Shown here piece by piece: positions 1 through 13,332 of a stretch of 64,000 nt of DNA. This DNA is from Lytechinus pictus (taxonomy: Eukaryota), in assembly GCF_037042905.1 (NCBI RefSeq), contig NC_087245.1, positions 6,884,001-6,948,000 of the forward strand, given 5' to 3'. The first letter of the stretch is position 1; each line of letters begins with the position of its first letter. The position numbers were made by a program, and so were the translations under genes. The notes beneath the pieces were generated by a model, which made no database searches, had not been told where the DNA came from, and saw nothing but the letters and a program-made list of their open reading frames with translations.

Positions 1-206
1 GGGTTCAAGGGCGATGCAGCAGGCACTAATGAACCAGTCACGTCGAAATTCTAATTTTTCAAATCTTAAGACCCATTAGGGCGATTCCATGCTAGAAAAT
101 CAGCCATTTTCACACAAAAAATCAACCTGCTGTCCAATCAAACGATGATCTTCAATTTGGTTTGTGGTAATAATAAAGTACTACTGGGTGTAAAAACATG
201 TCGTCC

Positions 207-293
207 ATGGGTGAATTAGAGGTGAAAATGTTGCGTGTCGTACGGGACATTTCTGAGTCCCGTACGACACATTTTCACCTTTAATTCACCCAT
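207..293. repeat. Short foldback palindrome
   Basis: atgggtgaattagaggtgaaaatgt..gtgtcgtacgggac pairs with gtcccgtacgacacattttcacctttaattcacccat. Confidence 0.8.
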
Positions 294-1989
294 AACTAAA
301 GATTTTTTGATTGGTTATCAGTTTTTCAAATGACTGCCCATTATAACTTTACCATTGACAAAAAAGAGAACATTTTATTGCTCAAGCTTACAGCTAAGAG
401 GCTATACATGTTTTATATGAGCTCACAGAGCTGGGATGGGGTAGTACAATTAAGCTACCCCTCCATAAATAATGACGACATCAAAACAAAAATAGGAATA
501 ATTGATAACATAAATTAGACTTATATCAATAAATTATGCAGAAATTTTTTTTTTCTTTATTTAACAGAAATTAACTTCAGGTATGCAAAAATGGTTATTG
601 TCATAGATGATGTCTAGACGAATAAACAAAAAGTTACTGAAACGATTTTACATAAATAATAAAAGATAACATTCATTTTCTCAAATGAGGAAAGAAGAGC
701 CAAATATTCTTCGTCTGAGGCATGCATTATGACGGAGCCAAAATAATATAAAAGTATAGGACATGCGTGCTACCTCGTGTGACCCGCCATGCCCGTATAT
801 ATAGTGTATAATAAATAGCGAACGGCGAATATCGTATACTTCGATATGAACTCAGCCTTGATGAACGAATGACCGACTTGACATTAAAGTGATTTTCTTG
901 GATGTGTGTGTATAAACTATAACCAAAAATTTGATGAGCAAACAAGCAATGTCATGTACAGATAATGCTTCGATTTGTTTGTATCGCGTATTTTTTTTTA
1001 GATCAAAGTCACATATCAATTAATATTAATTCAAAACACACACGAACAATTATGCGTCATTTTACGATGTAAGATAATGCTGCATTATAAAAAAGTAATC
1101 AATCATAATGTCATAATCTGTTTACTTGTTTATAGACATGATATATATATATATATATATATGATGAATATTCAACAACAATTATAAACGACAACAAGTT
1201 TTAAGTCAGATATGTTTTAAACATCCTCACTATCTTTCTTGCACAAGTTTTGTACATGTCAATGTTTTTATTTTGTATATTCTGTACATAAGAAGAATTT
1301 TATATTACCAGCTTACAGAGGATATTTTTTTTCTTCTACTGTCGATATCATTTATGGATAAGAGTCTCCCGTTATTACTACAAATATGGACAATGTGTTT
1401 CGTATCGACTTGATTAAATGAATTACTATACACTATATGAAGGTTTCTCCATAAAAAATGAAAAATTCCCGCAGCATAGTCTCTATAGCCATTGTAATCT
1501 TACAAGGGCGTAGGCTGGGGGTGCACTAGGGCAGAGGATTTCTGACATTGGCAAGCAAAATGAAATTTATACCCTTTCTTCTGCTTTCAACATTGATTTT
1601 CCGAACTTAAGTTCCACCTCCCATGATGTACATTTCCCCATGCTTAAACAAGCACTGTCTTACTGCACGGTGTAATCTTACAAGCATTGTGTAAAATTAT
1701 AGAAAATTGGTTGATGTATGAAACATTTCATGTTATTTTTTTCCTTTTTTGAAACAGACAATATTATGATAAATTGAAGAAAATTTCTTGTTATAACAAT
1801 CTACAGATTGAATCTTTTTCTGTAACATTTTTGTAAAAATAATTTGAGTGTAAAATCTTCTGTTTTTTTTAATGTGTACTCCCTCATGCCATTGTAAAAG
1901 TACAATAAAAATTAATAATGTGAGAAACTGGAGTTCGTTAGTCTGTTCTAAGTTGTCATGCTGTTTATAGTAATAAGGTATACTTTACA

Positions 1990-2421
1990 CAAGGAGACTG
2001 ATGACGTCATCCACTCACTATTTATTTTGTATTTTATTATATGAAATATTAATTTTCTCCTCATTGTCAAGTGAAACAACGATTAATTCCTCCCTGAGCA
2101 TGTGGAATTATCATCTGATCATTGTTTAATACTATATGGTTCAGTCAAGTTTGACCTTATTGTCAAATCTGTAAAAATTAAATGTTGTATAATTCAAACA
2201 ATAAAAAACAAAAGAAATAGTGAGTAAGTGACATCGTCGACTGTCTCATTTGCATGCCACAATAATGTGAATACCACTGTTTTGTGAAAAATAAGCGAAA
2301 CTTTAAAATGTCATAACTTTTTTAACTTTACATCCAATTTTGATGAAATTTTCAGTGTTATGCTAGTTTGATTTTTTTTCTGTTTATTCAAATCAACATT
2401 TTTGTTGGGTGGACTTGACCT
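1990..2421. mobile_element. Partial non-autonomous DNA transposon; second copy at about 7380-7831
   Basis: About 430 bp shared with 7400-7831, both ending in gggtggacttg(a/t)cct followed by (t/a)taa. Confidence 0.7.
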
Positions 2422-2462
2422 ATAAGTGTCAACGAACCCTGATGCAATCACTGCGTTGTTAA

Positions 2463-3047
2463 AGGGGAATGAAAACTTTTGAATGAGTAGGCTTTTGTCT
2501 AAACACAAAAAATCAAAGAAACAGATCAACGAAAGTTTGAAAAAAATCGGACAAACAATGAGAAAGTTATGAGCATTTGAATATTGCAATCACTTATGCT
2601 ATGGAGATCCTCACATTGGCAATGCGACAAGGATGTGTGATGTCACTTGTGAACAACTTTCTCTTTGATGGACTATAAAATACCCCCAAATGTCTCTTTT
2701 TGCTTTTTCTTATGGTGATACAAACTCTTTATCCATGATGTATTCTTTAAAAATCTGTATTACATGCCCTCCTATAGAAAGAACACATGATCTACTGATA
2801 TATGTGATAAAAGAGGCAATTTAAGTGAAATATATACTTAAGTAATGGAGGAGTTATTCACAGGTGACGTCACACATCTTTGTCGCATTGCCAATATGAG
2901 GATTTCCATAGCATTAGTGATCGCAATATTGAAATGCGCATAACCTTTTCATTATTTGTCCAATTTTTCTCAAACTTTCGTTGATCTGTTTTTTTGATTT
3001 TTCTGTTTTTTAAACAAGCTATCTTGTTTTAAAGGTTTCATTCTCCT
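2463..3047. mobile_element. MITE with TTAA target duplication and AGG..CCT termini (Kolobok-like)
   Basis: TTAA at 2459-2462 and 3048-3051; long imperfect TIRs of about 190 bp (aggggaatgaaa... / ...tttcattctcct). Confidence 0.85.
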
Positions 3048-5035
3048 TTAATTGCAAACGTTTCATTCTCAGAATAATCTGAATTGTTTTAATGTTTTAA
3101 GAAAAATGAAAGAGGAGGAAAGAACATCACAAAGCAAGCAAGTCCCATAAATCTTGTCTGTGATGTTAACTGAAGTGCGCCTTCAAGATCAGAAAATACA
3201 TAACTCTAAAGGAGGAAATGAAGTATTTGTTAAGGCCAGGAGGCTGCTTAATGTACATTCATCAACTTGTATATTATTTATCAACTCTTTTATTATATCT
3301 ATTTATTAATTTATTAATTTATTTTATTTATTCATTTATTTATTAATAATAATGATAATAATATACAAAATGTATAGAGCGCTTTATACAAAAGTTTCAA
3401 AGCGCTAAGAAAGAAGGGGGAAATACAGGATATCTCAGAAAAAGGATAACAAAGGAACTGAAAGTGAAAACACCATTACGAAAAATGTATTATACGTACA
3501 AATAAAGAGATAATCGGTGAATACACAACTTAAAGATAACGGGTCGATAATCATGTATGTAAGTTTAAATAATCCTAATCAGGCGCGGATCCAAGATTTC
3601 GTGGGGAGGGGGGGGGGGGCCCAAGATTGACCTGATTTTTGGCGCCCATGTGTACTTTTCGAAAAATGGCGCCCTCTCCCTCCCGGCCAGGCTAACTTAA
3701 ATGTAACTTAAATGCCTTAAATGAATTTTGAATTATCTTATTACATAATCACATTTAAAAAAAAGGCAATTAAAGACCACTTTTTTAATGTGTTCTTGAA
3801 AAAAAAATCCATGAATATATAATGTAATATCAATGGGAGCGCGAAGCGCGAGCGATTTTTGGGGGTCTCAATTTGGTTTAACTTCTCACCAGAGTAGGCC
3901 CTACTAGAATATTGTGTGAACGGGAGCTGTAGTTTCTTTACTAGTTGTTTAAAATAGCCTTCAATAATATCAATGATAACCTCTTGGGAATAATGCAATC
4001 TCGAAGCAATCGACTCAATCTCCTCAATTTATTCAGCAGGGTTGCACGGGGGGGGGGGGGCTTGTTGAACTTTTGTAGAGGGCACCAAGATAACAAAATA
4101 AAAATAAAATGGGGGGGTAGAAGTTAAAGAAATTCAGAAATGTTATTCTTAAAAACACATTGAGGTATCTCACAAGGCCTAAATAAATAATGATAACGCG
4201 AAGCGCGATATATTTGACATAATATTTGGAAAATAATATATTTCACCATAACCCCTTTCCTTTTTTTTTTTGGGGGGGGGGGGGCAAAACGCCCATGTCC
4301 TAACAGTCATTTCCTAGCTTTACTTTATAAACAACATTAATGTGCAATAATCTCATAAGCCCTATGCAGAATAAAAAAATAATTAAATTTCATGTATTTT
4401 GACCTGAAAATTTAACATTCTGGGCAATGTTTGTAAACCTGAACAAGATGCGTATGTAACTAAATAATTACTACGAGCGCGAAGCGCGAGCAGAAATTTT
4501 TAATGTGCGTTCTGGCCTGGTCGAAAAGGGATCTATTAAGGAGGTTTTGCAGTTAGCCATTAAGACGATACATATTTCAACGATTGAATAATGCTCGCAC
4601 GAAGCGCGAGCTGAACATTTTTGATATTGCAACCTAAAAAAATAGATTTCAAACCCCCAACGGGACACTCGATTCATGTTTTGTCACTCATGAAAAATGA
4701 TGGGTAGTTTTTGGTATCTTCCTACACTAATAATGCGAGCGCAAAGCGCGAGCAGAAAATTTTTGATATTCTGATCTGAAACTGGATAATTTTAGCACGG
4801 TTTTAATAAGATCAAGATGCGTATCTCAATAAACATGCGTGCACGTGTTTTAGAGTTAGACAGAATCTGGGCATTCTAATACATTTAATTTTTCATCATG
4901 AAAATCAATAATGCGAGCGCGGATCGCGAGCTGGAAATAATATTTGAAATTCCGATATGAAATGGGTCAATTTAAGCAATATTTAAAGCACTGTGTATAT
5001 AGGGGAATTGTGAAGTGGATGTGGGTAGCACTTAA

Positions 5036-5629
5036 AGGGGAATCCAGCCTTGGCCATAAAATGTTGTGTTGGGAAGGAGAAAAATAAATTAAACAGAATG
5101 GTGACAGTTTGAAAGAAATCGGACAAGCAATAAGAAAGTTATAGCTGCTTTAAAATTGAGATCACTAATACTATGTAGATTTCAAATTGGCAACTGAGTG
5201 AGTAAATTATGACAAGGGGCAAGGACAACTTTCCCATAGGCCATGTACTTTATTATCAGGGATTTGTGGTTTTCTCCTAAGTACCCATTCCCCTGGGGCA
5301 GTAATCTAAATATAACCCAGGTAGTATATTGTTTTATGTCCTCATGAAAGAAAAATATAATTTGAAATAAAACTTTTGGGGAAAATGACATTTTAGCCAA
5401 AATATGTATTGGAGTACATGGAAGAGTAGTCCTTGCCTTACATCACTATGACATCCCATATGCGGCCAATTTGAAGTCTCCATGGGTATAGTGATTACCA
5501 ATATTTACAACTTTAAAAATTCATAACTTTCTTGTTGTTTGTCCAATATTGTTCAAACTTTCACATATCGACTTGTCTGATTTTTCTTTTCCCTATAAAA
5601 ACAAGTTTTTGTTTGGGTTGGATTCCCCT
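5036..5629. mobile_element. MITE with TTAA target duplication (Kolobok-like)
   Basis: ttaa|aggggaatcca ... tggattcccct|ttaa, with subterminal similarity to the 2463-3047 element. Confidence 0.85.
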
Positions 5630-6008
5630 TTAATAAATGATGCGAGTGCGAAGCGCGAGCTGATATTTTATTATTATCTTAAACTAGGATCGAGACATTA
5701 TATAAAAATGATGCCTATCTTCTATTCCTCTTCCTAAAACTTGTCGATATTTTTTCTGAAAAAGGGACAATTTAGTTATGAATTCATAAAAAATTTTATT
5801 TCATATTTATTAATCTAATAAGCCTAATGAGTGCGTGAAATTTGTTGACAGTGCATGAGGCCTGAAAAACTGGATATTTTATATTTTTTGTAATCATGAA
5901 CAGCATTCATGGGTTGATACATTTATAGCAAATAATGCGAGCGCAAATCGCGATCCGAAATTTTTAAATGGGGGGAATTCAAGTAGTTTGTTATAGAATA
6001 TATAGGTA

Positions 6009-7196
6009 CAGTGGCGTACCGTGGGTCACGGATTTGGGGGGGGGGCACCACCACAAATTTGGTGTCACTTAGGGAGCGCGCTCAGTTGCCAGGTATGCTG
6101 ACCTAATAGAGAAATTTTAAGGACATGCAATGCCATTAAACGGATAAGTATCTCACTGATTAAATAATGCGAGCGCGAAGCGCGAGCTGAAAATTTTTGA
6201 TATTCAGACCTAAAAGGGACATTATAAGCAGTTTTTTTGTAATCGTGATACGTACCTGTCTCGCTAAACAAACAATGCGAGCGCGAAGCGCGAGCTGAAA
6301 TTTTTGTACATATTGACCCCAAACAAGGCCATTTTAAGGACTATATTTAAGGTATCCATTAAGAGTATAAATATCTCAGCATAGTCATCTAATGATAGTG
6401 GCATCCTTTGCTGATTTTGTTAGAATTACATCTAAACATATGAAGCACTTTTTGTAGTCATAATCATGATTATCATACGCATCTCACTAATCAAATACTG
6501 CGAGCGCGAAGCGCGAGCTGAAAATTTATGAAATTCAGACCTGAAGAGGGGCATTCTAAGGCTTGTTTGTAGGAATTCACTAAGTCCTTACGTATTTCAC
6601 TAACCAAATGATGCGAGCGCGAAGCGCGAGCTAAATTTTTTTGATATTCAGATCAGAAAAATTGACATTTTAAGGACTGATTTTAGGAATTAATGAAGAG
6701 CAGACATCTCACCAATCAACTAATGCGAACGTTAGCACGGACAGGAAATGTTTTATATTAAGACCTTAAAATTGGGCAATCACTTTAAGTAGTCATGAAA
6801 AAGAAGCAAATGTCACTACATAAAACAATAATAACTCGAATTGCGAGGAAATATATTTGGTGTATATTGATTTGAAAACGGGAGGTTTTAGTACAACAGG
6901 ATTATACATCTCGTTAAACAGTCTATGCGAGCACCAGGAACAATGAAGACATAGGCCCTGAGCAAACTGTTTCATAAAGTCATGAAAAAAAATCTTCTTA
7001 TGTAACATAATTATGATATAATATAACATTATAATAAACAATAATTTCTTCTTTCCCCATTACGTTTCTCTTCTTTTTTCCCTCTTTTTCTCATTTTCCC
7101 CGTTTTGTTTTGTTTTGTTTTTTTTGGGGGGCAGCTGATTGGGGAGGGGGGGGGGGGGGCACGTGCCCCCCATGCCCCCTGGTAGTTACGCCACTG
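6009..7196. mobile_element. Non-autonomous hAT-like element
   Basis: TIR cagtggcgta / tacgccactg; perfect 8-bp TSD tataggta at 6001-6008 and 7197-7204. Confidence 0.9.
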
Positions 7197-7379
7197 TATA
7201 GGTATACATAACTCACCAATCAAAATGCGAGCGCACAGCGCTAGTTCATAGGCCTTCATTTTTTACAATCGAGACACCTGAAAAGGAATATTTTGAGAAT
7301 CTTAAATGAAATACACAAAGATAATAGGTAGGCCTACAACATTTTAAAGTTTCGCTTAATTTCACAAACCAGTTATATT

Positions 7380-7831
7380 CACATCCTTGTCGGTATGCAA
7401 ATGACGAAACTGCTGACATCACTCACTCACTACTTCTTTTTTGTATTTTAGTACATGAAATATGAAATATTCAATTTTTCTCCGTTGTCGTGTGAAACAA
7501 CGATTAATTCCTCCCTGAACATGAGCAATTAGCATTGTTTAATACGAAATGGTTCAATCAAGTTGGTCCATATTGTAAAATCTGTAAAAAATGAAATATT
7601 GTATAATTCTAACAATAAAAAAAATGAATTAGTGAGTGAGGGACATCATCGACTGTCTCATTTGCATGTCACTGAGTTGTGCATATCACTGTTTTGTGAA
7701 AAATAAGCAAAATTTTAAAATGTCATAATTTTCTTATTTTACATCCGATTTTGATGAAATTTTCAGCATAATGCTTGTTTGATTTTTCTCTATTTATTCA
7801 AATGAAAATTTTTTTGGGGGTGGACTTGTCC
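7380..7831. mobile_element. Partial non-autonomous DNA transposon, same family as 1990-2421
   Basis: Direct similarity to 1990-2421; ends in ggacttgtcct|ttaa. Confidence 0.7.
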
Positions 7832-8511
7832 TTTAAGAAATGAATGCGAGCGCGAAGCGCTAGCTGAAAACTTTTTTAATGATGAAATGAAAAGGACATT
7901 TTCAGTTGTAAGATTTATAGAATATTTTCAGCTTGTGCTTCTCGTTCGCATAAAAAAAACCTGTGAGGTCGGGATGCGTATATAACTAAACAGTGATGCG
8001 AAGCGCGAGCTCAATTTTTTTTATATACTGACTTAAGAATGACTCTATTAAGGCATAATTCCTATTCTAAAAGTTTTTCCTTTTTCTCTTCGTCTTTTTT
8101 TCTTTTTCTTTCCTTTTTTTTGCGCCACCATGGGGGGGGGGCAAAAACTTTGCCCCCTGAATCGACCTATGTATATTGACTTGAAAAACACTAACATTTT
8201 AAGGACTTATGTACGTGTGATCGATGGAGAGGATACACACCTCACTAATCAAATATTGCAAGCGCGTAGCGCCAGCTGAATTTGATATTAACCCCCTTTT
8301 CTGACCCTGAACAGGTACCTATCTCGCCAAACAAACTTCAAACTCGAGCACATTGATTTTTGTCTATTATCGTAAAAACGGGATATTTTAAATCAGCCGC
8401 ATTAATTTAACCTTTTTGGGCCGGAAATAAATTTCACTATAAACAGGCAATACGAGCAATGTTGCGCCCCCGGTCGAATATGAATTTGCATGGAGCCCCC
8501 TAAGTTCAAGG

Positions 8512-8852
8512 TCAATTTGGCTCACGTACATTAATGGGGAGATTGTTCCAGAGCTTCGGGGCAATAACTGAGAAGGATCTGTCACCGTAGTTGGTTTTAG
8601 TTCTTGGTCCGGGCAGCAGTTGAAGATGTGCAGTGGTGTGGGAGCGGAGACGTCTTGATGCGGATGAAACTGATGAGGATCGGAGGGAGGCGAGGTTCTG
8701 TAGATAAGAGGGAGCTTGATTATGGATACATTTGTAGACTAGAAGGAGAATTTTGTAGACAATGCGTTGCTGAACTGGTAACCAATGCAGAGAATTCATG
8801 ATTGGGGTGATGTGTTCATGATTTTAGTCCGGGTAACCAATCTGGCTGCTGT
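8512..8852 (-). mobile_element. LINE ORF2 C-terminal fragment (L2/CR1 group)
   Basis: LHWLPVQQRIVYKILLLVYKCIHNQAPSYL...GDRSFSVIAPKLWNNLP is the typical post-RT tail. Confidence 0.9.
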
Positions 8853-11497
8853 ATTTATTTATTTATCCATTTATTCATTTTTTTATTTATGTTTGTTTAT
8901 TTATTCATTTATTTAAGTATTCATCAAATTATTCATAAATCTATTTTTTTTTAGTTTTGTCTTTATTTGTTAATTTTTTCATATATTCATCCATCTCTAT
9001 ATACGGTATTATTAATATCTATATTTGTTTATAGATTTCAAAATAATTTTCAATCTTTAATGTTTTTTTACCAAGATGAACTAAATATCTTACAATTTTA
9101 CATTTTTTACGAGAATTTATTTAATTTAATACACAAAGTAGATTTTAGGCCTACTGTCAAAAATATGCGTTCTGTTCTTAAAAAAGGAGCCGCACCAGCT
9201 AAAGTTACAAATGATAGGATCCATTTTAATAGGGTGTACCCCCCACTCCCTCGGTCTTCTTCAAGGAAAAGTCTGATATTGCCCATTCTTCTGACATCTT
9301 ACAGCATTCCAAACGAATCTTAATATCAATAGTTTTCGTTCAATGTCACGATACGATTGCGTAATTAATCAAGTCTCTTCATGAAATAAACAAACAGTTA
9401 ATTAAGAATGACTTTTGGACAACGCATGATTAAAACCACTTGGGTAAATATATGGTAATTATTCCAGGAAAGAAGGGCGGAATTAAGCGGATGCTGTAAC
9501 AAAACTGCACAAGATGGTATCATGATGTGAATTGTAAAAATAAAAGATAGTCTTTGGATGGCAGCATTTTGAATGATCATGATTATGTAGGAATTTCAAT
9601 TTATATTGATATGTATTAGATTTGTGTTTAATCTTAAAGTAAAAAAGCTTATTAAATGTCAATATCTCTTTTACGAAAATTATTGGCAAATCAGAGTCCA
9701 TATTGATTAATCACAATCAATTCAAGCAGAGTACCGACCTGGAATGACGTAGCAATATCTAAACTATTGATTATTCTTTCTTTAAAAAATACCCCAGAAA
9801 AGTGCATGCAGTAGAATCTCATAAACAGTTACTAACTCGATATTACAAATAAAGCGAATGGTCCGAATATTCGTTAATGCAAAGGTGAAATTTCGACAGT
9901 TCGTTATTTCGATAGTTCGATTGACTGAGAATGAAATAGGGTTCGTACACTTCATTAGTTCACTTCTTACTAACGAACCTTACTTCATTTCGGATAATTA
10001 TCGTAATTTAATATAGAGCTGAAATTGACTCTTTTTCAGATCGGAATATCAAATAGTTTAAGCTCGCGCTTCACGCTCGCTTTGATTTTCACGATAAAAG
10101 GTGCATTTAGAATGCCTATATTCTAGGTCTAAATATAAAACACGAGCGTGCATGTTTATTCGGATACTCAACTTGTTCTCTATTTAAATCATTATCCATT
10201 TTCAGATCACAATATCAAAAATTTTCTGCTCGCGCTTTGTGCTCGCATTATCAATGTAGAAAGATCACCTATTATACTCATTCTTTTCATGATTTACAAA
10301 ACATGAAAAGAGAGTGTCCCGTTTTTAGGTCTAAATTTCGATTTTTTTTTCGAACATGGAAGAAATATTCTGAAACCCAGTATTCCATGAAAGTGTGGTC
10401 TAAAATTCGATGTATTTCAAAATCAGACTAGGTTCAATTCAACATAGAATTATCAGAATACCACAAGAAGAATGGAAAGGGTGTGTAATAGTGAGAAAAA
10501 TCAAAGGACTGGCAGTGCTTTCAACCCTATAAAACTATAACCGTACTCGGCCTATAAACGCCTGGAGCATATAATTTGAACCAATAACTCTTTAATTGAG
10601 AGACGGGAGTCAGAACCACAAAGCCACATGACACCTTCAGCTATTTTATTTCGTTTAGGAACATCTTTAAATATGTTTAATATTTTTTTATAATTGAGCA
10701 AACAGACCTTTTATCAAAAAATCAGACAAACGTTTAATTCACGGAGCTCTATCTGATACACAATAGTATTTTGGGGTCGGAAAGTATTTTTTTAAGGTTG
10801 TACTTTAAAGTAGCATGAAATTATCAACTGCGATTATAGATCGACAGAATGATTCTGCATTAAAATCCTCCGAATGTAACAGTATATTTCACCTCACATC
10901 TGAAATACATGTTTGCCCACGTTTGACCGCATGTGATCAATACCTAGGAAACAAAACACACATTTTGCAATTGTAATTGAAAGATGTGTAAAGTATAGTC
11001 CTAGAGGACGTAAAGAAGAAAATTCCGAACATGCTGTTGGAGTTCGTTCAAAATTTTCACCTTAATTAAGTCCCAATTAAGTAAGATTATCTTCAGGAAA
11101 TAAGTAGTATGATACCAATATAGTTTTATATCAATCTAAGGTCCATGATGGATAACCTCCAGAGGTTGCACTACTCTTACCCCACCTTGCAGAAAGGAGG
11201 TCGCTACCAGAATACCCCCGCATTCTTCAATCAACCCTTAGTAAAAATTTTAGGTATACAAGTATTTTCTGCAAAATTCGGTATAAAATCATTATCCATG
11301 GGACAGGACATTTCATTCGAAGCAAAGAATTACATATCAACCTCTCCTCGTTTACATATATTTGCATGGAGATTGATGCATGCCACACAATTGGTCAATG
11401 ACAATATTCGTGCCCAAATTTATGTTTGAAATTAAATTGTCTTTCATTTAAGTAAAAACATGGGATACGTTTTTGAGAATTGTTGCTATATTATCAG

Positions 11498-11676
11498 GGG
11501 GCCGTTACATAAAGCTGTTCATAAGTTAAGAGTGACTTTAAGAACGACTGGTGGTCCGTTAATTTGGTAAATGATATAGACCATTAAATGTTCATTGGTG
11601 ATTATTTACGCGCAAGAGAGGTTCACCAGTCGTTCTTAAAGTCGCTCGTAACTTACAAACAACTTTATGAAACACC
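11498..11676. mobile_element. Short MITE
   Basis: Inverted arms cataaagctgttcataagttaagagtgactttaagaacgactgg / ccagtcgttcttaaagtcgctcgtaacttacaaacaactttatg. Confidence 0.8.
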
Positions 11677-13285
11677 CATCAGGTAGTCATTATAAATCCA
11701 TGTGCATCAGATTTTTCGAGTGATCCATCCGATATATTCCTAGCAAAATTACACTAAACTTATTAAGCTTCCTGCAGGGTATGATTCCCAAATTTTACGG
11801 CGCAACATTCCAAGATCGGAGTAATATAAGAAATTCACTAATATTTTGCATAGTGCAAGAACTGGACATCATTAGGCCTATAAGAATATTTTCATTACGT
11901 TATTCTTTCTAATTTCACCGATCGATTTTTTGCGACCCTCCACACAAGCCAGTCCTTTCCTGTTTTCTATTATTTTTCAATAAAGGCAAATACTTGACAT
12001 TAATACTTTGTTCATGATTACTTCTTCCTAATAGTTTTGTCTTTGTATGTTCTTTTTTTCATTCCTTCCTTCGTGTCCTTGTTCCTTCTTTACTGGGCTG
12101 GAATAAGATCCACCAGATCTTTAATGCCAGTCCACACTCGAAACCAGTACATGATTTTACTGCATTGTCGTTTTCTTTATTTTGTATTGTCGTTCTTTCT
12201 TGTCATTATGTAATTGATGAATTACTTGCATACAGATTATGTTTATCGAGTGAAATAAATGAATTTAATTGAGACTTAATTGTCTCAGAGTTTGTTGTTT
12301 TAAAATAGATGTAGATGTTTTATGTGTTATTCTAAAAAAATTGTTTGGTTGAAACCAACACGGCATGTATTTAGAGGTAACAATATCAAAGATCGCTTTC
12401 ACACAGAGACGGTATTTCTAGTCTGTCCAAAACTCGTCCGAGTCATCCCACTTAAAACTGAATCACGGGCTGACCCATGGGCTAAACCAACACGTCCGAC
12501 AACTCCTTGTAAAACAATGAAAATTTTCTGCCAATGAATACTTCATTTCAATCGTAAAATGTTTCTATTAAAATTATCAAATAAAACAAACATCGTTATA
12601 TGTTTAGATTGAAGTCAAGAAAAACATCAAGATGATAAACAGGTTTGGGGGAAATATAGCGATAAACTTCATTGAACCGTCTTTCAAAAATTGTCATCTG
12701 GACTGCATCCCTGTCAAATTATAGTGAAGTGATATATTTTTTGCTCTCCAATTATCTATATACTTCTATAAAAAGTAAGTAATCATATTAAAACTCACAT
12801 TGTTAATGGTTTCATCTTAAAAAAACTCTTTAAAATGTATTTCGTTCTCTATAGATATTGCGTTTAAGTTACAGAACACCAATCTCAATAATACACCTCA
12901 TCGGTATTTAAATATGAAAATAATCAAAACTATTAAGTGTGCAGGTTAAGTCCAAAGTCTATATGATATTACTTGACTGTTTAAAAGGTCAAAATTTTGT
13001 TTTTTAATGACAAATTAACAACTATTATTTATATATCATTAACACTGTGGTTATGGAATAATGTTCAGGATGATTGATGGGGGGGGGGATAACCTGTTAA
13101 ATAATGTTTTGACAATGATCAAATACAACCTTTACTCGACGAAAGACAAAACGTACGGTCATTAAATCGAAATACTATATGACCCTTGTATAGCACGTGG
13201 TATTATTTGCTGAGTTCGGCCAAATCTGCAGATATTGAGCTTCTGTTGACTTTATGGTATCACTTGGTTCTTTTGATTGTTACAG

Positions 13286-13332
13286 GAAAGAGACTTTGGA
13301 AATTTCGATCGGCAACTCAAACCATTTAAACC
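13286..13332 (+). other. Candidate non-coding 5' exon of the SLCO gene
   Basis: Acceptor ttgattgttacag| and donor |gtaagt. The first coding exon starts with an acceptor (cag at 18135-18137) 3 nt before the ATG, so an upstream exon is expected, but its identity is not established. Confidence 0.3.

Larger units (their letters stand above)
3836..8280 (+). repeat. Degenerate periodic repeat with core TGCGAGCGCGAAGCGCGAGC, about 16 cores; more at about 10060-10250 (-) and 31800-32200 (+)
   Basis: The core recurs at roughly 100-300 bp spacing with related AT-rich spacers and is interrupted by younger elements. Confidence 0.8.
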
